This document shows positions 53,827-62,813 of a stretch of 64,000 nt of DNA, piece after piece. The notes beneath the pieces are model-generated. The model made no database searches. It worked only from the letters and a program-made list of their open reading frames with translations, and was not told the DNA's origin. Source of the DNA: a virus; the IMG/VR virus record IMGVR_UViG_3300031954_000001, positions 44,795 to 108,794 of that record; one strand, written 5' to 3'. The position numbers and the translations under genes were made by a program. How positions within the stretch are numbered: position 1 is the first letter of the stretch; every line of letters starts with the position of its first letter.

Positions 53827-56800
53827 GGCACCGTCCAGTACGCGACGCTGCCGTCATCGGCGAATACGTTGCCCGGGTTCACCCACGTGCCGGTGCCGCC
53901 GGGCAGCACGGTCGCGGTCGCGGGCGGGAACGGCCCGGCGGTGACCGCAGCGCGGACGGACGGCGCCGGGGCGCCGGCTGCGGCGGCGGCCAGCCCGGCC
54001 GGGGCGACGGCGGCCCGCTGGACGGACGGCGCCGGGGCCGCGGCGGATGCGGCGGCCAGCCCGGCCGCGACGGCAATCGCCGTGCCCGGGGCGGGCGCTG
54101 CCCCGGCGGCCGTCGCGACGCCGGGCGAGGCGGTCCCGGTCGCGGCGGTGGTGACGGACGGCGCCGGCGCGGACGCTGCCGCGGCGGCCAGCCCGGCGGC
54201 GGCGGAAACGGCCACCTGGACAGACGGCGCCAGCGCGGACGCGGAAACCGTGGCCAGCCCAGCCGTGGCGGAGACGGCCACCTGAGCGGATGGCGCCAGC
54301 GCGGACGCGGCAGCCTGGGCGAGCCCGGCGTTCGCGGTGGCCGCCGTGCCTGTGCCCGGGGCCGTCGCGGCTGCGGTCGCCAGCCCCGCCGCGGCCTGGG
54401 CAGCCAGGGTGAGCGACGGGACCGGTGCCGCGGCAGTCGCCGTGGTGACCGGCGGCGCGACCGTGACGTTCGAGGAGGTGGTGATGACCGGCGCGAGCGC
54501 GGCAGCTGCGGCGGTGGCGAGCCCGGCAGCGGGGCTGACCGTTCCGGTGGGCGAAGGGGCCGGGGCCGTCGCAGCGGCGGCGGCCAGGCCGGCCAGGCCG
54601 GAGACGGCCACCTGGGCGGACGGCGCCGGCGCGGACGCGGCGGAGGCGGCGAGCCCGGCCAGGCCGGAGACCGCGGTACCCGGCACCGGGACGGAGGCCG
54701 CCGCCGCGGCCAGCCCGGCCGGGGGCTGAGCCGCCAGCGTAAGCGACGGGGCGGGGGCCGCCGCGGTCGCCGTGGTGACCGGCGGCGCGGCGGTGATGTT
54801 CGAGGACGTGGAGACGGTGACGGCCGGCGCGGCGGCTGACGCAGCGGCCAGCCCGGCGGTACCGCTGACCGCCGTGCCCGGGACCGGTGCGGCTGCCGTG
54901 ACGGCGGCCAGCCCGGCCGGAGCGTTCGCGGTCGCCGCGGTGGTGACCGAGGGAGCTGGCGCGGCTGCCGTGGCGGCGGCCAGCCCGGCCTGCGACCCGG
55001 CCGCAGCTGCCGGGGCGGGGGCGGCGGCGGCGACCAGGTCGGCGCCGGCGGTGACCGCTACCTGGGCGGACGGGACCGGGGCGGCGGCTGCCGCGGCGGC
55101 CAGGCCGGCCGGGGCGGTGACCTGCGGGATGACGGTGACCGATGGCGCCGGGGCGGCGGCTGCCGCGGCGGCCAGGCCGGCCGGGGCGGTCGTGGTCGCC
55201 GAGGTGGTGACCGAGGGCGCCGGCGCCGTGGCTGCTGACGTGGCCAGGCCGGCGTTGACCGCGACGGTATTCCTGACCGGGACCGGGACGGCGCCCGCCG
55301 CCGTAGCCAGGCCGGCGTTGACCGCGACGGCGGTGCCAGCCGGGACCGGGGAAGCGGCTGCTGTCGTAGCCAGGCCGGCGTTGACCGCGACGGTGACCGA
55401 GGGCGCCGGCGCGGACGCAGCCGTGGTGGCCAGGCCCGCGTTGACCGCGACGGTATTCCCGACCGGGACCGGGACGGCACCCGCCGCCGTGGCCAGGCCG
55501 GCGTTGACCGCGACGGTGACCGATGGCGCCGGGGCGGATGCCGCGGCGGTGGCCAGGCCCGCGTTGACCGCGACGGTATTCCCGACCGGGACCGGGACGG
55601 CGCCCGCCGCCGCGGCCAGGCCGGCGCTGACGCCGATCGCGGTGCCCTGCAAGCCGGTGACGTCCGTGGCGGCGGCTGCCGCGGTGGCCAGGCCGGCCGG
55701 GGCATTCGTCCCGGTGACCGTGGTGACGGACGGGGCCGGCGCCGTGGCAGCTGCCGTGGCCAGCCCGGCCGGGGCGGACGTGGCCGGCGGGGCCTGCAGC
55801 AGCAGCAGCCAGTCGTGGTCGCCGGCGGAGTTGGCGCCGGCCGGCTTGGTGTACGTTGCCCCGGCGGTTCCCGCGCTCGTCGTGGTAGTAGCCGGGTCCA
55901 CCCACGTGGCGGTGTATCCGGCGGCCATCAGCGACTGGTTGACGGTGATCGTGACGACGGCGCCGCGGGAGAAGTAGATCATCGCGATCGAGCCGTCCGC
56001 CGCGATCGACGCGGACACGTACGTGTCGGGGGGCGTCCCGGTGTACTGGTTCTGGACGCCGACCACCTGGTAGGGGGCGCGGGTGCCGCGGGCGGAGGTG
56101 ATGAACGCGGACGGGTAGTCGGCTCTCAGCTTCTGCCAGCCGGGCAGGTTCATCAGCCACGCGGTGACCTTCGGCATGACCTGGTTCTGGAAGTCCCCGG
56201 CGGTGCCGGCCTCCTCGCCGCCCAGCGTCATGCCGGACGCCCAGCCGGCGGCGAACCCCGCGTTGTACCCGCCGTCCGAGACCCCCCAGGAGTAGCCGAT
56301 CGACCCCGAGGACATGGCCCACCAGAACTGCTCGCGGGCCACCTTGTCGTCGGTGCCGCCGATCGTGCCGAAGTAGTAGCCGTCCCCGCGCAGCACCGGG
56401 AGGGGCGAGGGCTCGTTGAAGGCGTACTCCACGACCTGGTAGGTGGGCGCGTAGTTGTAGCCCCACTGGTAGCCGATGTAGCCGCTGGAGTTCCACGGCT
56501 GGGCCGTGCTGGTCTGCAGTGAGTACCGGGAGGTGGTCTCCTGCGGGTTCTCGAACGAGACGGGCCGGGTGTCGCCGGCGGCCCGGATCCCGGACATGAT
56601 GTTCGACGCGGTGGTCGCGTCGGTGCCGCCGTCGTCGCCCATCATCCAGATGATGTTGTTCTTGCCCAGGTACCGGGTTGCGACCGCGTTGCCGTAGGCG
56701 GTCTTCTGCGCCGCGGACCAGGCGCCGACCGGTCCGGTGCTGATGTCCTCGCCCATGCACAGGTTCAGGAAGCAGGTGATGCCGTAGGTAGCCGCCGTGT

Positions 56801-58010
56801 TAACCCAGTAGTCCACCTGGTTCCAGTAGTTCGCGTTCAGCCCGGTGGTCGGGTCGGTGCCGCCCGTGCCGGTGCCGAACGGGTAGTAGCCGCCGATGTT
56901 CTTGCCGGTGTAGGTGGCGTACTCCCCGTTGGGCAGCAGGTTGCATTCCAGGGCCGTGTACCCGCCGCCGGCTCCGGTGCCGCCCCGGGTGCTGAGCACC
57001 TGGTTCATGTCGGCTTGCCAGTTGTTGCCGTTGCTCCGGCCGGCCGAGTAGATGACCGGCCAGACGGCGTCGCAGAACATCAGCCGGGGGTGGCCGTACT
57101 GGTCGATGAAGTAGTCCGCTCCGGTGGACCCGGACAGCCCGGAGATGACCGGCCGGGCCATCGACGGGTTGTACGCGACGGCGACGGCGACCGCGGCCCC
57201 GGCGGGCGCGTTCGTCGGCACGACGACCGAGGGCGCGGGTGCCGTCGCCGCGGCGGTGGCCAGGCCGGCGTTGGCCAGGGTCAGCCCGGGGACGGACGCG
57301 GGGACCTGGACCGCGTACACCGACATCCGGCGGAACGACATCGGGGTGACACCGGGCGGCAGGTCGGGCTCGGGCAGGCTAGGGGGGCCGGCGGCGGGGG
57401 CGGCGGCTCCCTCCGCCATCAGGATCATGATGCCGGCCGAGTTGCCCGCGTCGGCCGCCACCGGCCCGCTGGCGGCGGAGATGTTCAGGTTGTACGCGGC
57501 CAGGCACCCGGCCGCGTCCACGTTCCCGACGTAGCCCGCTGTCGTGGACCCCGCGGTCAGGCCCGCGGAGGAGCCCTCGTCGTTGGAGTAGCCCCAGTAC
57601 AGCTCCCCGGTCCCCGTGGGGGTCAGCGACGGCCACGTGGCGGTCCCGGCATTGTCCAGGGTGGCGGATTTGTCCAGGACCCAGGAGCCGACGCTGGAGT
57701 GGAATTCCTTCGCCTGGGTCTGGTAGCCGGACGGGGCGGCCGTGTTCCACACCAGGGTGGCGGTCTGCGCGCCCGTCGTGGTGACCGTGCCGGCCCACAG
57801 CGACACCGTGTAGGCGTGGACCGACATGACCGCGTGCGCGACGACCTGGGTCCAGGTGCAGCCGCCCCCGGTGACGTTGCTGATCCACGCGGTCGTGTTC
57901 GACCAGTTGACGGTCTCGACCAGGACCAGGTTCCCGATGCCCTGGTTGGTCAGCGCCAGCGACGAGGAGTTGACGGCGGAGGCGAACGAGCCGGGCGCGG
58001 TCCAGGTCAC
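53823..58010 (-). CDS. fibre-like protein: DUF4038-like glycoside hydrolase domain plus long Ala/Pro/Thr repeat stalk
   Basis: YFIDQYGHP....D.VW, W..VD..V..AA.YGI, RY....NIIWMMGDD, REQFWWAMSSG, WVDP.T...DHDWLLLL, then about 30 repeats. Confidence 0.75.
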   Translation of the reverse strand: MTWTAPGSFASAVNSSSLALTNQGIGNLVLVETVNWSNTTAWISNVTGGGCTWTQVVAHAVMSVHAYTVSLWAGTVTTTGAQTATLVWNTAAPSGYQTQAKEFHSSVGSWVLDKSATLDNAGTATWPSLTPTGTGELYWGYSNDEGSSAGLTAGSTTAGYVGNVDAAGCLAAYNLNISAASGPVAADAGNSAGIMILMAEGAAAPAAGPPSLPEPDLPPGVTPMSFRRMSVYAVQVPASVPGLTLANAGLATAAATAPAPSVVVPTNAPAGAAVAVAVAYNPSMARPVISGLSGSTGADYFIDQYGHPRLMFCDAVWPVIYSAGRSNGNNWQADMNQVLSTRGGTGAGGGYTALECNLLPNGEYATYTGKNIGGYYPFGTGTGGTDPTTGLNANYWNQVDYWVNTAATYGITCFLNLCMGEDISTGPVGAWSAAQKTAYGNAVATRYLGKNNIIWMMGDDGGTDATTASNIMSGIRAAGDTRPVSFENPQETTSRYSLQTSTAQPWNSSGYIGYQWGYNYAPTYQVVEYAFNEPSPLPVLRGDGYYFGTIGGTDDKVAREQFWWAMSSGSIGYSWGVSDGGYNAGFAAGWASGMTLGGEEAGTAGDFQNQVMPKVTAWLMNLPGWQKLRADYPSAFITSARGTRAPYQVVGVQNQYTGTPPDTYVSASIAADGSIAMIYFSRGAVVTITVNQSLMAAGYTATWVDPATTTTSAGTAGATYTKPAGANSAGDHDWLLLLQAPPATSAPAGLATAAATAPAPSVTTVTGTNAPAGLATAAAAATDVTGLQGTAIGVSAGLAAAAGAVPVPVGNTVAVNAGLATAAASAPAPSVTVAVNAGLATAAGAVPVPVGNTVAVNAGLATTAASAPAPSVTVAVNAGLATTAAASPVPAGTAVAVNAGLATAAGAVPVPVRNTVAVNAGLATSAATAPAPSVTTSATTTAPAGLAAAAAAAPAPSVTVIPQVTAPAGLAAAAAAAPVPSAQVAVTAGADLVAAAAPAPAAAAGSQAGLAAATAAAPAPSVTTAATANAPAGLAAVTAAAPVPGTAVSGTAGLAAASAAAPAVTVSTSSNITAAPPVTTATAAAPAPSLTLAAQPPAGLAAAAASVPVPGTAVSGLAGLAASAASAPAPSAQVAVSGLAGLAAAAATAPAPSPTGTVSPAAGLATAAAAALAPVITTSSNVTVAPPVTTATAAAPVPSLTLAAQAAAGLATAAATAPGTGTAATANAGLAQAAASALAPSAQVAVSATAGLATVSASALAPSVQVAVSAAAGLAAAAASAPAPSVTTAATGTASPGVATAAGAAPAPGTAIAVAAGLAAASAAAPAPSVQRAAVAPAGLAAAAAGAPAPSVRAAVTAGPFPPATATVLPGGTGTWVNPGNVFADDGSVAYWTVP
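53950..55780. repeat. about 60-nt coding tandem repeats (AGLATAAASAPAPSVTVAVN)
   Basis: Near-identical GCCAGGCCGGCGTTGACCGCGACGGT every 60 nt at 55240-55580. Confidence 0.85.
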
Positions 58011-58041
58011 CGGGGCTCACCCCCTCCGGGGAGGACCCCGC

Positions 58042-58653
58042 CTAGTTCAGGGCCTCCACCAGCCACTGGGTGCACACGACGGTCGCGTTCGCGCCGGCCA
58101 GGGTCCCCCGCAGGCTGATGCCCTGGATCTGCGTGGTGTCCACCGCGGCGTTCGTCTCGCCGGAGGCGCTGGGCAGGTACAGGTTGACCCCGGCCGACCC
58201 GGTGTTCAGCGTCTGCGCGGTGGCCGGGTTCTGGCTGACCCACATCTCGCCCTGGGTGGCGACCGTGTTGCCGGACGTGGCCACGTTGGTGCAGCGGATC
58301 AGCGCCTCCAGCTTCCACGGGTTCCCGGTCTGCGCCGTGGCGGAGGTGGCCAGCCCGGCGCTGGTGGCCAGGGTCACGTACGTGGTCCCGGTGTTACCGA
58401 CCCGGGCCGCCAGCAGGAACGTCACCGTGGTGGAGGTCGTGGTGGACGTGATGTACCCGCGGGCGGTCACCCGGATCAGCATCCCGGCCTGCCAGCCCTG
58501 GAACGCGCCTTCCACGTTGACCTGCGCGACGTCCGCGGTCCCGCCGGTCACCGGGGACAGCGTGGCGGTGGTGGCGGTGTTCAGCGTCGCGCCCGGGCCG
58601 GAGCCCTGGATCGTGGAGGGGGTGATGAGGGATATCCACTCCTGGTAACTCAC
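58042..58653 (-). CDS. Thr-rich putative structural protein
   Basis: Beta-rich composition; position in the virion gene cluster. Confidence 0.7.
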   Translation of the reverse strand: MSYQEWISLITPSTIQGSGPGATLNTATTATLSPVTGGTADVAQVNVEGAFQGWQAGMLIRVTARGYITSTTTSTTVTFLLAARVGNTGTTYVTLATSAGLATSATAQTGNPWKLEALIRCTNVATSGNTVATQGEMWVSQNPATAQTLNTGSAGVNLYLPSASGETNAAVDTTQIQGISLRGTLAGANATVVCTQWLVEALN

Positions 58654-58689
58654 CCTGCGTCACCGCCTCTCCTGCGAATGTGTGCTAAA

Positions 58690-59184
58690 TCAGAACGTGA
58701 CCTGCATGATCCCGCTGGCGTTCCAGACGATCGTGAACGTGCCGGCGGTCACGCTCTGCGCCCCGCCGTAGAAGTGGTACGCTGCGCCCTGCTTGGACAC
58801 GGGCGTGGAGAGGGTGCTGTCGTACAGCAGGTTGCCGTAGGCGTTGGTGATCGTCACGTTGCCCGCGCCCGAGGTGTTCGACCCGGTGAACGTGACCGTG
58901 GCGCCGGTGCTGGAGTACCCGCCGCCGGACCCGGTGCCGGTCACGGCCCGCCCGCCCGCCGTCCAGTTGGTCGCGTCGGTGACCTCGTTGGCGGTCAGCC
59001 ACTGCGACGTGGCGGCGTTGTAGCCCGACAGCGCGGCGGTCACCGTGTTGTCCGGGGTGATGGTGTTGTTGTACAGCGCCGCGTTATACACGTCGGTGCT
59101 GTTCCACTTGCCCACGAACGACGCCGTGGGCGCCAGGCTGTCCGCGATCCACTGCCGGAAAATCTTGCTGTTCGTCCAGGCCAT
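58690..59184 (-). CDS. putative virion structural protein
   Basis: ALY......D....Y...NEV...WTAGG...GTFTIVWNASGI is a motif typical of phage fibre-cluster proteins. Confidence 0.75.
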   Translation of the reverse strand: MAWTNSKIFRQWIADSLAPTASFVGKWNSTDVYNAALYNNTITPDNTVTAALSGYNAATSQWLTANEVTDATNWTAGGRAVTGTGSGGGYSSTGATVTFTGSNTSGAGNVTITNAYGNLLYDSTLSTPVSKQGAAYHFYGGAQSVTAGTFTIVWNASGIMQVTF

Positions 59185-59187
59185 GAC

Positions 59188-59451
59188 TCAGGCTCCCCTC
59201 TCCAGCTCATCGGCGGAGGCGAGGGCGGCGGCCAGGTCGGCCTCGGCCTGCTCATCGATCGCGTCGGCCGACGCCATCAGCGACCTGGCGTGCTCCCGGG
59301 TGGCCGCCGCGGAGGCCAGGCTGGCGTCATGCGCGTCGCGGGCCTCCTCCCGGCGGGCGATCACCGCGGCGGCCAGGTCGGCCAGCGCGTTCCCGTTCAC
59401 GGCCTCCACGCCCGGGTCGGGGGCACCCGCGCCGGCTGCTGATTCGGACAT
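59188..59451 (-). CDS. small coiled-coil protein
   Basis: AACAGGAG RBS. Confidence 0.65.
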   Translation of the reverse strand: MSESAAGAGAPDPGVEAVNGNALADLAAAVIARREEARDAHDASLASAAATREHARSLMASADAIDEQAEADLAAALASADELERGA

Positions 59452-59465
59452 GCGTCAGCTCCTGT

Positions 59466-59780
59466 TCAGTCAAAGCGGATGGAGGCCCGGGCGCACGGCG
59501 CGAACACGGCGACGTCGTTATGGCCGTCCGCGTGCCAGGTCTCGATGTTCATCCAGGGCCTGCCGTCATCGCCCAGGGTCAGCAGCTCGGCGCCGGCGTA
59601 CTCCTCGCGCAGGTTAGCGACCATCTTGCAGTCGGCGCCGGCCAGCGCCATCGGCGCGGTCAGGTCGTGCAGGCGCGGGCAGACGTGGAACCGGTTGGGC
59701 TGCGGCGGGCGGACCCGGTCCTCCAGGCCGCAGGCAGGGCAGTACCAGTCCTGGTACGCGTCAAGCAGGACTGCCGGCAT
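59466..59780 (-). CDS. zinc-binding hypothetical protein
   Basis: WYCPAC...FHVCP. Confidence 0.7.
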   Translation of the reverse strand: MPAVLLDAYQDWYCPACGLEDRVRPPQPNRFHVCPRLHDLTAPMALAGADCKMVANLREEYAGAELLTLGDDGRPWMNIETWHADGHNDVAVFAPCARASIRFD

Positions 59781-60044
59781 CGTCGGGGACTCCGGGGGAT
59801 GCGGTCCACCCGGCTCACCCGCTCGCCGCAAAGCGCCAGGATGCCTCGGCTGCTCTAAGGTTACGCCTGGTACAGGCTGTCCGCCAGCTCTGCCGCCAGG
59901 CGCGGACGGTCCCGCAGGCCAGTGACCCGAGTCTCCCGGGCAGTGGGCGGGGGACCATCCGGCTCCGTCCGCGCCCAGCCCATCACGGCACTACGGCCTC
60001 GATCTGGTTAACCCGACGCTACACCCCGGCGACGCGGCAGTGAA

Positions 60045-60587
60045 TCACCCGGCAGGGGTTGCGCCTGGCTTAGTCGGCTTGGCCCAGGCGCCTCTCCGCA
60101 GGTCATCCCACTGATCCGATATGATCCACCAGGACGACGGCGGCGGCTTCTCCAGGTTGGCGCAGATGAGCACCGCGCCGTCCGCCATCTCGCTCAGGAC
60201 CTTCTGCTCCAGCAGGGTTTCCTTGCGCCGGTCGTCGCGCTCGGCCCGGTTGAACCAGATCGCCCCGTAGGCGTCGTACCCGGTGAACTCGAAAGCGTCC
60301 CGGGTGAGCACGTCCAGCCCGGTCTCGCGGGCCGCCTGCGCCATCGCCTCGTTGATCTCGATGCCGCAGGCGTCCCAGCCCATGGCCCGGGCGAGCATCA
60401 GGTTCGGGCCTGGTCCGCAGCCGATCTCCAGCAGCCGCTTGTTCGGCGCCCAGGTGTAGCACTCCAGCAGCAGCCCGCCGAAGTCGAACAGGTTGAACGG
60501 CATCCAGCCGGTGCCCTTGCCCTGCCACTTCAGGCTGACGCGCTCGGCCTCCCCGATGGTGGCGGCCATCTCATCGAACAGGTGCAT
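60045..60587 (-). CDS. class I SAM-dependent methyltransferase
   Basis: LLEIGCGPG, GIEIN and DAFEF motifs. Confidence 0.85.
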   Translation of the reverse strand: MHLFDEMAATIGEAERVSLKWQGKGTGWMPFNLFDFGGLLLECYTWAPNKRLLEIGCGPGPNLMLARAMGWDACGIEINEAMAQAARETGLDVLTRDAFEFTGYDAYGAIWFNRAERDDRRKETLLEQKVLSEMADGAVLICANLEKPPPSSWWIISDQWDDLRRGAWAKPTKPGATPAG

Positions 60588-61015
60588 AAGTCGCCGCCGC
60601 AGCCGGCCAGGCCGCACCAGGCGTACAGCGGCGCGGCGTCCATCTCCTCCCGGCCGCAGTCATCGTCGTCGGGCGGCGTGGCCTGCAGGGCGCGTTCGCG
60701 CTCGCGGGTCAGTGGCGTGACGCGACCCGGCCGGCGGCCCGGCCCGCAGTGCGGGTCGAACCAGCCGTACTCGTTCGTCTCCTCCGGTTCCGGGTCGTCG
60801 GCGAACCGCGGGTCCTCCGGCGGATCCCAGAGCTCCGGGTCAGGCTTGGACGGCAGCTCCTCACCGGGATGAGCCTGGTCCCAGTCCGGGTGCTCGCCGC
60901 CGCGCTGCTCCTCGGCCGGCTGGATCATCCAGGTGCCTGTCACCGGGTCGTGCCGTTCCCCGGTTACCCGCTCGATCCCGCGGATGACGTCCGGGTCAGT
61001 GTCATAGGTGATCAT
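60530..61015 (-). CDS. acidic hypothetical protein
   Basis: AGGAGA RBS. Confidence 0.55.
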   Translation of the reverse strand: MITYDTDPDVIRGIERVTGERHDPVTGTWMIQPAEEQRGGEHPDWDQAHPGEELPSKPDPELWDPPEDPRFADDPEPEETNEYGWFDPHCGPGRRPGRVTPLTRERERALQATPPDDDDCGREEMDAAPLYAWCGLAGCGGDLCTCSMRWPPPSGRPSASA

Positions 61016-61023
61016 GGCTTCTC

Positions 61024-61362
61024 CTAGTCCGGTACAGGCACCGGAACCCTAGCCACATAGTACGGCCGGCCATCGTTGTGCGCCTGATCCCAGCGCCGGG
61101 CCACGACCATGTAGACGACGCTGTCGGCGTAGTCCCGGTCCAGGACCGGCTGCGGCGGGCGGTTGCCCGGGACCTTGCCGAACCGCAGCAGCTGGCCGAT
61201 CCACGGGCCGCCGCCGTTGCCCGCGAGCACGAACCGGACCAGGGGCGGGTGCATGCCGCCGTAGTTGTCCAGGGCCACGGCGTCGATCCAGATCTCCGGG
61301 TCGCCGATACCGCCCGGTGACTCAGCCGGGATCCACCACGCGCCCCGCCACCCCTCGCTCAC
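61024..61362 (-). CDS. hypothetical protein
   Basis: ORF in operon spacing. Confidence 0.6.
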   Translation of the reverse strand: MSEGWRGAWWIPAESPGGIGDPEIWIDAVALDNYGGMHPPLVRFVLAGNGGGPWIGQLLRFGKVPGNRPPQPVLDRDYADSVVYMVVARRWDQAHNDGRPYYVARVPVPVPD

Positions 61363-61374
61363 CAGGTGACGGTA

Positions 61375-61692
61375 TCAGTCCGGCATCCCGCCGGTCAGCG
61401 TCCGGCGCAGTTTCACGAAATGCTCCGCGAACGCCGCCGGGTCATCGGCCGCCCCGAGCGCGGCGATCAGGTCCTGCGCAAGCTGCGGGTTCACGCCGCC
61501 CCCGGTCAGGATCTCCAGGATCTTCGCGGTCGCGGCGTCCGGGGAGTCCTGGCCGACGATGACCACGATGACCTCGACCCCGGGCAGCGCGCCCGTCAGC
61601 CTGCGCGTGATGCTGCCGGCCTGCTCCGCGGTCAGCGGCCCGTCGTACCGGATGGCCAGGGAGTCACCGGGCCGCACCGTCACCTCGTTCAT
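61375..61692 (-). CDS. hypothetical protein
   Basis: ORF from the ATG at 61692 (MNEVTVRPG). Confidence 0.55.
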   Translation of the reverse strand: MNEVTVRPGDSLAIRYDGPLTAEQAGSITRRLTGALPGVEVIVVIVGQDSPDAATAKILEILTGGGVNPQLAQDLIAALGAADDPAAFAEHFVKLRRTLTGGMPD

Positions 61693-61767
61693 GTCACCGC
61701 CATCCGCCTGCTGCCGCCTGGCGCGGGGGCCGTGCTCAGGACATAAGGCTAGGCGTACCGTGGCCTT

Positions 61768-62544
61768 ATGGCCAGGCCCCGTTCCCTGCTGGCCGCAGCC
61801 GTCATCACGCTGCTCGCGGCCGTCTCCGTGCTCACCGCTCCCTCCGCTCACGCGGCCGGCCCGTGCGTCCTGCACTCGGACGGCAACTGCGGCCCGTACT
61901 ACTACCCGGCGATCAGCGCGTCCAACGGGTACACCACCTACACGCTCACCCGGGCGGGCAACGGATCCGGGCCGCAGGTCCTGACCTCGTTCAGCCCCGG
62001 CCGGTGGCACATCGTCAGCCGGCAGCCCGGCGTCCCCGGCAGCGTCGAAGTCGCCTACGCCCAGGTATCGCAGGATTTCACGAACCGGTCCTGGACGCAC
62101 TTCGCGTACATCCGGTCGGGGTTCGCCCAGTCGCTGCCCCGCGCCGGCACCTGGATCGCCGCCTACGACGTGCTGCTGGACGGGCCCGGCCCGGTCACCG
62201 ACGTGACGACCATCACCGCCGAGCGCGGCCACGGGCAGTTCTACCTGGACCAGGTGATCGGCCACGCGGTGATAGGCGGGCGGGCGTACACCGTGTTCCG
62301 GGGCCAGGGCGGATCGGCTGCCTTCGACGCGGACCAGGGCATGACGGCCGGCACCGTGCACCTGCTGGCGGAGCTGCGCTGGCTCCGGGCCCGCGGCCTG
62401 GTCTCGCCCGCGGCCGGTGTCAGCCAGGTCGATTACGGGTTCGGGATCGCCTCCACCGGGCGCGGGGCGGCCACGTTCGCCGTCACCGGGTTCAGCCTGT
62501 CCACCTCCTGCCTGCCCGGCCACGCCGGCGACTGCGGGCCGTAA
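61768..62544 (+). CDS. secreted GH12-like protein lacking the catalytic glutamates
   Basis: Signal peptide ending AHA; AAYDVLL, GTVHLL..LRWL..RG and QVDYGFGIAST match the GH12 layout (AYDIW / EIMIW / GFEI). Confidence 0.65.
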   Translation: MARPRSLLAAAVITLLAAVSVLTAPSAHAAGPCVLHSDGNCGPYYYPAISASNGYTTYTLTRAGNGSGPQVLTSFSPGRWHIVSRQPGVPGSVEVAYAQVSQDFTNRSWTHFAYIRSGFAQSLPRAGTWIAAYDVLLDGPGPVTDVTTITAERGHGQFYLDQVIGHAVIGGRAYTVFRGQGGSAAFDADQGMTAGTVHLLAELRWLRARGLVSPAAGVSQVDYGFGIASTGRGAATFAVTGFSLSTSCLPGHAGDCGP

Positions 62545-62608
62545 AACCGGTTGCGCCCGCCCGTACCATGGGTACATGACCGGGATCCGCGGAGCCGGAA
62601 AACCTGAC

Positions 62609-62638
62609 TTGCATACTGTGTAAGACCTGTGCTAAGGT
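62609..62638 (+). promoter_or_regulatory. sigA-type promoter of the tRNA operon
   Basis: TTGCAT-N18-TAAGGT with TGn extension; the ATG lies 7 nt downstream, as expected for a leaderless start. Confidence 0.7.
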
Positions 62639-62644
62639 AGTGAT

Positions 62645-62740
62645 ATGACGTTCTGGGCAGAGCTAAGCAAGCGAGACGGGTACCACACCCCGTCAGCGCA
62701 GCCGTGCGCACCCATCAATGGGACGGTGGACCTGGAGTAG
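62645..62740 (+). CDS. leaderless 31-aa leader peptide containing all 20 amino acids (MTFWAELSKRDGYHTPSAQPCAPINGTVDLE)
   Basis: Direct translation; lies between the promoter and terminator; not in the ORF track. Confidence 0.75.
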   Translation: MTFWAELSKRDGYHTPSAQPCAPINGTVDLE

Positions 62741-62773
62741 CCGACAAGGCAGCAGCAGGCCGGCCGCCCCAGG
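62731..62773 (+). promoter_or_regulatory. putative antiterminator hairpin
   Basis: CCTGGAGTAGCCG (62731-62743, includes the leader stop) pairs with CGGCCGCCCCAGG (62761-62773, the terminator 5' arm) at 11 of 13 positions, one of them G-U. Confidence 0.6.
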
Positions 62774-62799
62774 GGAAAGCCCCAGGGAGCGGCCTTTTT
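62762..62799 (+). terminator. intrinsic terminator (attenuator) in front of the tRNA array
   Basis: GGCCGCCCCAGGGG-AAAG-CCCCAGGGAGCGGCC followed by TTTTT. Confidence 0.8.
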
Positions 62800-62813
62800 A
62801 ATTACATACACAC

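Noticed and set aside
53950-55780. 60-nt repeats as a CRISPR array or DGR template
   Set aside because: They are in-frame coding repeats with no unique spacers, and there is no reverse transcriptase in the window.
33751-59968. CGGAGCCGG in several minus-strand leaders (near 33751, 44224, 59959)
   Set aside because: A GC-rich 9-mer is expected several times by chance in this window; too weak without TSS data.
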